Shown here one piece after another: positions 52,801 to 61,692 of a stretch of DNA of 64,000 nt (within the stretch, counting starts at the first letter, position 1; each line of letters starts with the position of its first letter). This DNA is from an uncultured Verrucomicrobiae bacterium (GTDB lineage: Bacteria > Verrucomicrobiota > Verrucomicrobiia > Chthoniobacterales > UBA10450): contig CAVSDR010000003.1 of NCBI GenBank assembly GCA_963726745.1, positions 288,001 to 352,000 on the forward strand, read 5' to 3'. Under the pieces are notes generated by a model. The model worked only from the letters and a program-made list of their open reading frames with translations. It was not told the DNA's origin and ran no database searches. The translations under genes and the position numbers were made by a program.

Positions 52801-52845
52801 CCGGCAGGCTGGTCGCGCCGGGACGTTTTTGTTAAAGCTGCGGCC

Positions 52846-53382
52846 ATGTGGCGTCTCCTGCTCTTCCTGGCGCTCGCCGCCGCGGCCGGCGCGCAGGAAT
52901 TGCCCACCGGGAAGGATGACGAAGCGGGCGATGTCGACCCGCCGATCCTGATCCAGGAGCGCAAGCCGGATGGCTCGTTCGTGCTCAGCGGCGCGGCCCA
53001 AACCGCCCCCGATCTCGATCTGGAAAAACTCGAGCGCGACCTCGCGCGGGCCCGGCGCGGTGCCGCCGGCGCGGAAGGGCTCTACCGCGCGGGCATTATC
53101 TCGAAGGTGGAAGCGGAAGAGCGCGCGCTCCGCGTGGTGCGGCTGGAAGCGAAGCTGGCCACGGCCCGGCTTGAGCTCGCGCGACAAAACGCTGCCGCTG
53201 ACCTGGCGAGCGTGAAAGAGGCGGCCGAGCGCGCCGTGACCGAACGCACGCGCGCCGAGCTGGAAGTGGCCGCGCGCAACGTCGATCGCCAGAAGAAACT
53301 GCTCGCGCTCGGGAGCGGCCGGCGCGGCGATCTCCAGCGCGCGGAACAAAAACTCGCGGAACTGCAGCAGCCGCACGAATGA
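52846..53382 (+). CDS. Secreted coiled-coil hypothetical protein
   Basis: Signal peptide, long amphipathic helices. Confidence 0.55.
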   Translation: MWRLLLFLALAAAAGAQELPTGKDDEAGDVDPPILIQERKPDGSFVLSGAAQTAPDLDLEKLERDLARARRGAAGAEGLYRAGIISKVEAEERALRVVRLEAKLATARLELARQNAAADLASVKEAAERAVTERTRAELEVAARNVDRQKKLLALGSGRRGDLQRAEQKLAELQQPHE

Positions 53383-53389
53383 TTCGGCC

Positions 53390-54052
53390 GTGCGCTGGTT
53401 CCATCTCGCTGTCTGTTTTGCCAGCACTCTCTGCGCGCAGGAAGAAGCGCCCTTGAAGACCACGGAGGATCGGCTGGCGGAATTCGGCGACGCGGTCCGT
53501 GCGCGCCTCGAGCCGCAATTCCGCGCGGCCGGGATCGCTTATCCGCCCACGCAAGTGATGCTCATCGGTTTGAAAGCCGAGCGCGTGCTCGAAGTGCACG
53601 CGCGCGACGCGGACAAAGATTTCCGCCTCGTCTGCCGCTACCCGATTCTCGCGGCCAGCGGCGGCCCCGGGCCGAAGCTGCGCGAAGGCGATCTGCAAGT
53701 GCCGGAAGGCTCCTATGCGTTGCGGGAATTGAACCCGAACAGCCGCTTCCACCTCAGCCTTTGGATCGATTATCCCAACGCCGAGGAAAGCGCGCGCGCC
53801 GCCGCCGAAGGGCGCGATCCCGGCGGCGAGATCATGATCCACGGCGGCCACGAGTCGCGCGGCTGCCTCGCGCTGGGCGATCCCGCGGCGGAAGATCTCT
53901 TCGTGCTCGCGGCGCTTACCGGAATCGAAAACGTCCGGGTGCTCCTCGTTCCGCGCGACTTGCGTTCGTTAGGCGGCAAGCTCTCGCCCGCGGAGGAGAT
54001 CCTGCGCGCCGAACTGCAGCGCTTCCCCGCGGCTCAAGTTTCGAGCAAGTGA
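53390..54052 (+). CDS. L,D-transpeptidase (YkuD) family protein
   Basis: GPKLREGDLQVPEGSY, NPNSRFHLS..IDYPN, IMIHGG..SRGC. Confidence 0.85.
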   Translation: MRWFHLAVCFASTLCAQEEAPLKTTEDRLAEFGDAVRARLEPQFRAAGIAYPPTQVMLIGLKAERVLEVHARDADKDFRLVCRYPILAASGGPGPKLREGDLQVPEGSYALRELNPNSRFHLSLWIDYPNAEESARAAAEGRDPGGEIMIHGGHESRGCLALGDPAAEDLFVLAALTGIENVRVLLVPRDLRSLGGKLSPAEEILRAELQRFPAAQVSSK

Positions 54053-54645
54053 TCGGGCGTGCGCTCGCCATGCGCCAGGCGGCGCAAGCGCGGCTCGCAC
54101 AGGAGCACCGCGAGGGCGCAGGGGGCGGTTTTCATGAGGCCCATTTGCACCTGCTCGATCGCTTCCGCCACCGGCACGAGCTGCACTTCGATACTCTCAC
54201 TCGCTTCCTTCTCGGTCTCGTGCGCGAGCTCCACGCCTTCAGCCAGGAAGACGTGGCACTTCTCGTCGCAGGTGGAATTGGCCGAGTAAAAATAGTCGAC
54301 GTAATGGAAGGCCGCAGCTGTTCCGCCGACTTCCTCCTTCAGTTCCTTGCGCGCCACTTCCTCGAGCGAAGCGCCATCGCTATCGTGCATCCCGCCGGCC
54401 GGCACCTCCAGGCACCACTCGTCGACGGCGTAACGATATTGCCGCAGCATGACCATGCGCCCGTCCTTCGTCACCGGCACAATCACGACCGCGTCGCCAC
54501 GTTCCAGGTAGGCAAACTGCAGCTTCTTCCCGTCGGCTAATTCGACCGCGTCCTCGCGCACCCGGAAGATGTCGTTTCGAAAACGCTCTTCGCTCGCGAC
54601 CTGGGTCCAGCCCGCTTTCCTTCCGTTCGGCTTGTCGTTTTTCAT
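54034..54645 (-). CDS. NUDIX hydrolase (ADP-ribose pyrophosphatase-like)
   Basis: RQYRYAV..LEVPAGG..ARKELKEEVG; ATG at 54645 in a TAATG overlap with the upstream gene. Confidence 0.85.
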   Translation of the reverse strand: MKNDKPNGRKAGWTQVASEERFRNDIFRVREDAVELADGKKLQFAYLERGDAVVIVPVTKDGRMVMLRQYRYAVDEWCLEVPAGGMHDSDGASLEEVARKELKEEVGGTAAAFHYVDYFYSANSTCDEKCHVFLAEGVELAHETEKEASESIEVQLVPVAEAIEQVQMGLMKTAPCALAVLLCEPRLRRLAHGERTPDHLLET

Positions 54646-56193
54646 TAGGTTCCCTTCGCAGTGCGGTAATGATCGGCCAGCGGATAACTCCGCGCCACCA
54701 ACCCGAAAGGCCAGCGCGGCGGCAAAGGCAAAGGCGGCAAAGAAAAACATCTGCGCCGCGGTCACGCCGAAATTAGCCGACCGGATGGAAGCGAGCACGC
54801 CTTCGTTTTGCACCACCGCATTGACCACCAGGACCCAGAGATTGCCGATCGTGACCGAGAGATTCCAGAAGGCCATGATCGCGCTTTTCATCGTCAACGG
54901 CGCCTGGCTGTAGGCAAACTCGAGCCCGGTCGCGGAGACGAGCACTTCGCCAAAAGTGAGGAAAGTATACGGCAACATCTGCCAGAAAATCGAAAGCGTG
55001 CCGGCGCCATCGAGGACGAGTTGCATCAAGCCAATCACGATCCAGGAGAGCCCGGAGAAGGCGATCCCCGCAGTCATGCGCCGGAGCGCAGTCATCTCGT
55101 AGCCAAAACGCCGCAGCGCCGGATAGAGCACGAGGTTGTTGAAGGGGATCAAGACCATCACGAGCAGCGGATTGAGCGCCTGCATTTGCGAAGCCTGGAA
55201 CCAACTGGGCGAGCTCATGGTTTTCCCCTGCAAAACCCAGGTGGAAGCTTTCTGGTCAAAGAGCGACCAGAACGGCGTGACCAGCGCGAAAAGCACGAGC
55301 ACGCGCAGGACCGAGCGCACCCCGGCGATCGCGTCCGGCGGATGCACCTCGCGCACGTCGTCGAGTTGCAGCCAAACCCCGAGCCCGCCGAGCGCGATCA
55401 CCGAGACGAGCGCGAGGCAGGCCGCGATGACAAAGCCGAGCTGCGGCATGAGCACGAAGGCCACGACCGCGCCGGCCACCGCCAGAAAAGCGAAAACGCG
55501 GCCGCGCGTCCCGGCGTTGAGCGCGCTCGCGCTCACGCGCAGAAACGAGTGCGGATTTGGCGGCGCCGGCGGGACCATGACGTATTGCCGGCGGCCCCAC
55601 CAAAGGATCATCGTGGCGATGAACATGAGCGCGCCGGGAATGCCGAAAGCGATCGAGGCGCCGAGATGCCGCAGGAAAATCGGCATCAGGAGCGAAGCGA
55701 AGAAGCTCCCGAAATTAATGATCCAGTAGAAGGAATCGAAGACCACCTTCGCGCGGTGCTTGTTTGTCTGGTCGAATTGATCGCCGACAAACGCGGCCAC
55801 ACAGGGCTTGATCCCGCCGGAGCCGAGCGCGATCAGCCCCAGCCCGGTGTAGAAGCCGTAGCGGTTCGACTCGAAGATCGCCAGGCAGGCGTGGCCCGCG
55901 CAATAGACCAGGCTAAGCCAGAAGATGGTGTTGTACTTCCCGTAGAAGCGGTCGGCCAGCCAGCCGCCGAGCAGCGGAAAAAAGTAAACCCCGATGACGA
56001 AGGTGTGGAAGACATCCTTGGCCGCGAGCGCGCGTTCCCCTTCCGGCAAATAGAGCAGGAGATGCGAGACGAGGAAGATCGTGAGGATGTTCCGCATCCC
56101 ATAAAAGCTGAAGCGCTCGCAGCCTTCATTGCCGATGATGTAGCGGATCTGCCGCGGGATCGGCGCTTGCGGGTCGGGAGTCGTCGCCTGCAC
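54645..56193 (-). CDS. POT-family proton-dependent oligopeptide transporter, frameshift near 54706
   Basis: EGCERFSFYGM, GGWLADR, GSGGIKP, FYWIINFGS, GLEFAYSQAP; removing one T from a TTT run gives FGLVARSYPLADHYRTAKGT*. Confidence 0.88.
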
Positions 56194-56251
56194 GCCTGCG
56201 AGCGTGCGAAGAAGCGCCGGCCGGCGCAACCAGAAAGCGTCGGCTCTTTGC

Positions 56252-56671
56252 CTAACGAGTGCTGCGCCGCCAGGCCAGAAGCGTCCAGGCGAAGGTGACG
56301 ATTTCCTGCACGCTGAAGAGGAACGCAAACGCTCCCGGCAGCAACCCCAGCCACCAGAGCCCGGCCACCAGCGGCGGCACCAGCGGCCGGTCGAGCAGGG
56401 TGGCGAAGACAAAGCCCTCGGCATTCAGCCGTCCGCTCACGGTGTAGAGCATCCCGATGCCGGCAATGAGCAGGCCGGCCAGGCGCAGGAACGCGAGCGC
56501 CTGCGCCGCGGGCGCTTCCAAATGCAGCAACGCCGCGACCCAAACCGGGAATAGAACCAGCACACTGCCCTCAAGCAACAGCACCCAGCCATAGAGCTCG
56601 ACCGTGCGCGCGGCCGCCGTTTGGCCGGGGCGCGCCCAGAGACGCCGGAACATTTCGCGGAGCGGAGGCAT
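56252..56671 (-). CDS. Small integral membrane hypothetical protein
   Basis: About 4 hydrophobic segments; collinear with the RND and POT genes. Confidence 0.6.
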   Translation of the reverse strand: MPPLREMFRRLWARPGQTAAARTVELYGWVLLLEGSVLVLFPVWVAALLHLEAPAAQALAFLRLAGLLIAGIGMLYTVSGRLNAEGFVFATLLDRPLVPPLVAGLWWLGLLPGAFAFLFSVQEIVTFAWTLLAWRRSTR

Positions 56672-56733
56672 GGACAAAGTGCTGCCTAAACCTTGCCCGC
56701 CGGGGCCGCCCGTCGTCGAACTTTTTTCGCTCG

Positions 56734-59700
56734 TTAGGCCTGCACGGGCAGCGGCGGGGCCACTGGCTTCCCCTGCTCCGCCTCGTGATGCGTGTGGCTG
56801 CTGCGCAGGAAAGGCACGCGGTCGAGCACGCGCTCCTGGAACCATTCCAGCGCGAGGTAAATAACCGGCGTGATGTAGAGCGTGATCAACTGCGAGATGA
56901 TCAAGCCTCCCACAATCACGAGGCCGAGCGGCCGCCGCGACGCCCCGTCCGCGCCGTAGCCGAGCGCGAGCGGCACCGCGCCCATAAGCGCCGCCAGCGT
57001 GGTCATGATGATCGGGCGAAAACGCTCGACGCTGGCTTCGTGAATCGCGCTGCGGCGATCGTAGCCTTCATCGAGTCGATGGAGCGCGAAGTCGACAATC
57101 ATGATGCCGTTCTTCTTCACGATGCCCATGAGCAGGAAAAGACCGATGACCGAGTAGAGCGAGAGCGTCGAATCGAAAAGCCAGAGCGTGAAGAGGCCGC
57201 CCACGACTGCTGGGAAGAGCGTCGAAAGCACGGTCACCGGATGGACGTAGCTCTCGTAAAGAATGCCGAGGATGACATACATCACAAAGACCGCGCCGAG
57301 GATGAGGAACGGGAGCGCATTGAAGAGCTGCCGGAGCACGAGGCCTTCGCCTTGCAACTCGCCTTTGACCGTCGGCGGGATCACTTCCGTGGCCGTCTTT
57401 TCCAGGAAATCAGTCACATCGCCGAGGGCCACATCCGGCTTCACGTCGAAGCCAAAAGTCACGCTGGTGAACTGGTTGATGTGATTGACTGATTGCAGGC
57501 CGAGCTTCGTCTCCGCATTCGTTAGCGTCTGCACCGGGATGAGTTTCCCGGTGGTGTCACTCTTCACGTAAAGGTGGCGCAAATCATCGGGGCCGGAACG
57601 GTCCGCGCCTTCGACTTCCAGGATCACCTGGTATTGATCGTCGGCCGCCTTGATCAAGTAGACGTAGTTTTGCGAATAAGCGGCGCGCAGGAGATTTTGC
57701 AGGCGAGTGGCGGAGACGCCGTAAAGGCTGGAGCGATCGCGATCGATGTTGATGTCGATGTTCGGCATGTTCCGGAAGAGATCGGAACGTGGCGGCGCGA
57801 CGAAGCCCGGGTAGTCCTTGAGCTTCTTCTCGAAAGCATCGGCCGCGGCGTAGACTTCCTGCGGATTGATCCCGCTCAAGACGTAGCTGTAGCGCCCGAA
57901 ACTGCTCCCGCCGCCGCCGATGTCGATGCGTAAAACGGGCTGCGGATTGAGCGTGGGAAAGACGCCGGGAATGCCGCTTAAGGCAGCGCGCAGATCTTTC
58001 GCCACCTGGTCAATTGGCGGCCGCTCGCTCGCGTCTTTCAGGAAGAGAACCGTGAAAATGCCGGCACTTTGCCCACCGCGCCCGGCCACGGTGAAGTATT
58101 TGTCGACCGCGGGATTAGCCTGCAAGACGGGGTCCAGCCGATCCTGCATGGCTCGCTGCTCCGCCGGCGAAGCACCTTCCTGCATGATAAAGAAACCACG
58201 AATGACCCCGCTATCGCCCGTGGGCAGGAGCGTAAAAGGCAGCGCCTTAAAGAAGAAAACGACGCCTAAACCGCAGAGCAAAACAATCGGGGCCGCGAGC
58301 CATCCATGATTCAAAAACCAATCGAGCGACCGGCTGTAAAAGCGCAACGTGGGCTCGAAGATGTGCTCCGTGAAAATCTCCGTGCGCGTCTTCTTGTGCC
58401 CGGGATTGTGCTCCGAGAGCATGCGCGAGCACATCAGCGGCGTGAGGGTTAACGAGACCAAACCGGACGCCAAAATCGCGACAATGATCGTGACCGCGAA
58501 CTCGAAGAAGATGCGGCCGAGTAACCCCGGCATGAAGACCAGCGGAATGAAAACCGCCGCGAGCGAAAGCGTCATCGACAAAATGGTGAACGAGATCTCA
58601 CCCGCGCTATTCATCGTCGCCTGGTAGATCGACTCGCCGGCTTCCGCGCGGCGGACAACGTTTTCCAAAAAGACGATCGCGTCATCGACCAGGAAGCCGA
58701 TTGCCAGCGTCAGCGCCATGAGCGTGAGGTTGTTGATCGAGAACCCAAGCGCGAACATCGCGATGGTGGTGATGAGGAGCGACATCGGCAGCGCGACCAC
58801 CGGAATGAGCGTGTCGGTCACGCGCCCGAGGAAAAAGAAGATCACCAGAACGACGAGGAAAAAGGCGATCAGGAGCGTCTCCTGCACATCGTGGACCGAG
58901 CGCACGATCGTCTGCGAGCGATCGAAGGTGGGAATCAAGTTGATCGAGCCCGGAAGTTCGCGGCGCAGTTCCGGCACGAGATCGGTCACGGCTTTCGCAA
59001 CCTCGACCGCATTCGCCCCAGCCTGCCGCGAAACCGCAAAGACGATCACGGAAGCCGGCGGCTTAAACCCGCGTGCGAAGAAATGTCGCGAGAGCCGCTC
59101 GTCCTGCACGCCCTCGACCACGCGCGCGACATCGCGCAGGTAAACCGGGGTGTTATCCTTCCCGCGGCCGACGATTAAATTCCGGTAGCCTTCGGCGTCA
59201 GCGATCTGCGCATTCGGCCGCAAGACAAAGGTCCTCGTGGCGCCATCAAACTGTCCCGCGCCGGCGTAGCTCGTGCCCGCGCGGATCGCGGCCGAGAGCT
59301 CGTCCAAGGTCATGTTGCGCGCGGTCAACGCGCCGGGGTCGGCCTTGATCCGGATGGCGCGTTTCACTCCGTAGATCTGCACGTCGGAGACACCTGGCAG
59401 GATGCTGATCCGCTGCTGCACCTGCGTGGTCGCGTAGAGATAAAGGTCGCCGTCGGTCAGCGTTTCACTCGTTAGGGCAACGTAGACGACCGGCTGGTCG
59501 TTCGGGTTGCTCTTGGTAAAAGTCGGCGGGCTCGGGAGATCGGAAGGGAGCTGGCCGCTGGCCTGCTGGATCGCCGCCTGCACGTCGGTGGCCGCGCTGT
59601 CGATGCTCTTCGCGAGGTCAAATTGCAGGGTAATGTTCGTGCTGCCCTGCGTGCTCGAACTGGTGATCAGGAAAATCCCGGGAATCTGGGTGAACTGCTT

Positions 59701-59988
59701 CTCCAGCGGCGTGGCGATGGTGTTCGCCATCGTTTCCGGATTCGCGCCCGGATAACTCGCGCGCACGTTGATGATCGGATAATCGACCGCCGGAAGATCG
59801 TTCACCGCCAGCCGATTGTAAGCCAGCACGCCGAAGACGATCATGGATGCCGTCAGCAGCATCGTCATCACTGGCCGCTTGATGAAGGGCCGCGATAAGC
59901 CAGAGGAAAACTGGACCAACGCCGGCTTCGCTTTCGCGGCGAGCGATGGGCCGCTGGTCTCGGTGACGGGATCGCGCGACTCAGCCAT
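56734..59988 (-). CDS. RND efflux permease (MdtB/MdtC-like)
   Basis: FIKRPV, LPAVDYP, GFLVDDAIV, GIVKKNGIM, RFRPIIMTT. Confidence 0.93.
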   Translation of the reverse strand: MAESRDPVTETSGPSLAAKAKPALVQFSSGLSRPFIKRPVMTMLLTASMIVFGVLAYNRLAVNDLPAVDYPIINVRASYPGANPETMANTIATPLEKQFTQIPGIFLITSSSTQGSTNITLQFDLAKSIDSAATDVQAAIQQASGQLPSDLPSPPTFTKSNPNDQPVVYVALTSETLTDGDLYLYATTQVQQRISILPGVSDVQIYGVKRAIRIKADPGALTARNMTLDELSAAIRAGTSYAGAGQFDGATRTFVLRPNAQIADAEGYRNLIVGRGKDNTPVYLRDVARVVEGVQDERLSRHFFARGFKPPASVIVFAVSRQAGANAVEVAKAVTDLVPELRRELPGSINLIPTFDRSQTIVRSVHDVQETLLIAFFLVVLVIFFFLGRVTDTLIPVVALPMSLLITTIAMFALGFSINNLTLMALTLAIGFLVDDAIVFLENVVRRAEAGESIYQATMNSAGEISFTILSMTLSLAAVFIPLVFMPGLLGRIFFEFAVTIIVAILASGLVSLTLTPLMCSRMLSEHNPGHKKTRTEIFTEHIFEPTLRFYSRSLDWFLNHGWLAAPIVLLCGLGVVFFFKALPFTLLPTGDSGVIRGFFIMQEGASPAEQRAMQDRLDPVLQANPAVDKYFTVAGRGGQSAGIFTVLFLKDASERPPIDQVAKDLRAALSGIPGVFPTLNPQPVLRIDIGGGGSSFGRYSYVLSGINPQEVYAAADAFEKKLKDYPGFVAPPRSDLFRNMPNIDINIDRDRSSLYGVSATRLQNLLRAAYSQNYVYLIKAADDQYQVILEVEGADRSGPDDLRHLYVKSDTTGKLIPVQTLTNAETKLGLQSVNHINQFTSVTFGFDVKPDVALGDVTDFLEKTATEVIPPTVKGELQGEGLVLRQLFNALPFLILGAVFVMYVILGILYESYVHPVTVLSTLFPAVVGGLFTLWLFDSTLSLYSVIGLFLLMGIVKKNGIMIVDFALHRLDEGYDRRSAIHEASVERFRPIIMTTLAALMGAVPLALGYGADGASRRPLGLVIVGGLIISQLITLYITPVIYLALEWFQERVLDRVPFLRSSHTHHEAEQGKPVAPPLPVQA

Positions 59989-61180
59989 TCCCCTGCACTC
60001 CCGTCTCGGCGCTGCGCTCCCGCGCGGGCGGCACTGGAGATTCCTCCTTGGCCGCGACTTTCGCGCCGGGTGCGAGCTGCAGCTGACCGCTCACCACCAC
60101 GCGTTCGCCCGTCTGGACGCCATCTTGGATGACCGTCTTGTCGCCTTGCACCTGGCCGGGTTTCACCTGGCGGAGGTCGAGCGTGGAATCTTCTTTAACC
60201 ACAAAAACGTAGGGGCCGTTTTGCCCGATCTGGACCGCGCTTGTTGGGACGAGCTTAGCGTCTTTGAGCGTCTCGAGAATCAAACGGACGCGCACGAATT
60301 GTGCAGGCCAAAGCGCGCGGTCGGGATTCGGCGTGATGGCGCGCGCCTTGATCGTGCCGGCTCCCGGTTGCACCGCCTGGTCCACAAAAGTGAGCTTGCC
60401 TTCGCGCGGCGGCACGTTGTCGCCTTCGGCATCAGTCAGCACTTTGAGCGTGTCGCCGTCCAGATAACGCCGGACAAGCGCGAGGTCGGGCTCGGCGATG
60501 GTGAAATCGGTGTAGATCGGATCCAGGCCCTGGATCGTAACCAAGGTCGCGCCATTCGGCGTGACCACGTTGCCGACATCGACATTGCGCAGCCCCGCGC
60601 GGCCATTGATCGGCGAGCGCACTTCGGTGAAGTCGAGATTGACCTGCGCAGACGCCACCGCGGCCTCCGTGCGCATGGCGTTGGCCTTCGCGGTGTCGAG
60701 TTCCTGCGTCGCGGTGACGTTTTTTGATTGGAGATTTTGCTGCCGCGCGAAGTTCGACTGCGCGAGCGCAGCGTCGGCCTTGGCCGCGGCGAGCGTGGCC
60801 GCGTAGGGCCGCGGGTCGATCTTGAAAAGGAGGTCGCCTTTCTTCACGTCGGCGCCGTCCTGGAACTCGCGCGAGACAATCTGCCCGGCGACTTGCGGCT
60901 GCACGTTTACGGTTTCAAACGCGGTCGTGGTCCCGATTTCGTCGAGATACAACGGCACGTCCGCTTGCGTGACCTTTGCGACCGTGACCGGTTTCGGCGG
61001 CGGAGCGGATTGATCCTTCTTCTTCCCGCCGAATCCGCGCCAGGCAAAAAACAAAATAGCCAGCAAGATGAGCGCGCCGATGACGTAGAAGCGCGTCCGC
61101 CCGGAGGCGCGCTCGTGGGCGGCGGCGGCGTGCTCGCGGGTGGCACCGGAAGCTTTGGCGAGGGAGGTCATGCTGCTCAT
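59981..61180 (-). CDS. RND periplasmic adaptor (MFP)
   Basis: TM, VQPQVAGQI, VKKGDLLFKIDPRPY, VRSPING, LWPAQFV. Confidence 0.9.
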   Translation of the reverse strand: MSSMTSLAKASGATREHAAAAHERASGRTRFYVIGALILLAILFFAWRGFGGKKKDQSAPPPKPVTVAKVTQADVPLYLDEIGTTTAFETVNVQPQVAGQIVSREFQDGADVKKGDLLFKIDPRPYAATLAAAKADAALAQSNFARQQNLQSKNVTATQELDTAKANAMRTEAAVASAQVNLDFTEVRSPINGRAGLRNVDVGNVVTPNGATLVTIQGLDPIYTDFTIAEPDLALVRRYLDGDTLKVLTDAEGDNVPPREGKLTFVDQAVQPGAGTIKARAITPNPDRALWPAQFVRVRLILETLKDAKLVPTSAVQIGQNGPYVFVVKEDSTLDLRQVKPGQVQGDKTVIQDGVQTGERVVVSGQLQLAPGAKVAAKEESPVPPARERSAETGVQGNG

Positions 61181-61659
61181 GCTGCTTTCACTGTTACGAG
61201 AGAGGCGCCAGTCCGGGCGCGATCGGTTTCCTCGAGCGCTTTTTCGCGGATCTGCCGCAGAACGCGCGCACAAATCTCGAGATCGCGCCGCGGAATATCT
61301 GCCAGCAACTCGTGCCGCACTTCCTGCGCGGTCTGGAAGATATTTTCAAGGACGACGTTAGCCCGCGGCTGCAGGTGGACGGTCTTGCAACGCCGATCCG
61401 CCGCATGGCCGCGGCGGGTGATCCAGCCATCTTCCTGCAGGCGATGAAGAATGCCCGCGAGCGTCGGCTCCTCGATCCCGACAAGCGCAGCGATTTCCTT
61501 TTGCGTCCGCTTATCGCCGCCGCGCGCGAGGTGCGCCAGCGTGGTCCACTTGCCCATGCTCAAGCCGAGCGGCTTGAGCCGGCGATCGAGGCGATTGCGC
61601 CAGGCGCGGCCGGTCTCGACGATGAGCAGGCCGAGGCGTTCGAGGTCGTTCGGGGGCAT
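61177..61659 (-). CDS. MarR/SlyA-family regulator
   Basis: RAWRNRLDRRLKPLGLS..W.TL, TQKEIA..GIEEPTL, DRRCK. Confidence 0.88.
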   Translation of the reverse strand: MPPNDLERLGLLIVETGRAWRNRLDRRLKPLGLSMGKWTTLAHLARGGDKRTQKEIAALVGIEEPTLAGILHRLQEDGWITRRGHAADRRCKTVHLQPRANVVLENIFQTAQEVRHELLADIPRRDLEICARVLRQIREKALEETDRARTGASLVTVKAA

Positions 61660-61662
61660 GCG

Positions 61663-61682
61663 ATCGTTAGCATGCTAACGAT
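61663..61682. promoter_or_regulatory. Perfect 20-bp palindrome, probable MarR operator
   Basis: ATCGTTAGCATGCTAACGAT, 3 nt upstream of the marR ATG and downstream of a minus-strand TTGACA (61696-61691); core resembles the SlyA box TTAGCAAGCTAA. Confidence 0.75.
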
Positions 61683-61692
61683 TTCTCGCTTG

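Noticed and set aside
1435..56193. Many frameshifted genes (nnr, DUF1800, gph, uvrB, holA, DUF4870-like, aroB, amidase, 44.5-47 kb protein, 51.4 kb protein, POT) as pseudogenes or programmed frameshifts
   Set aside because: They are scattered single-base indels, some in short homopolymers, hit essential genes such as holA, and come with no decay of the flanking protein sequence. Long-read assembly error explains them best.
54034..56424. Apparent POT transporter-NUDIX fusion (796-aa ORF)
   Set aside because: One extra T near 54706 explains it; correction restores a normal POT C-terminus and a TAATG stop/start overlap with the NUDIX gene.
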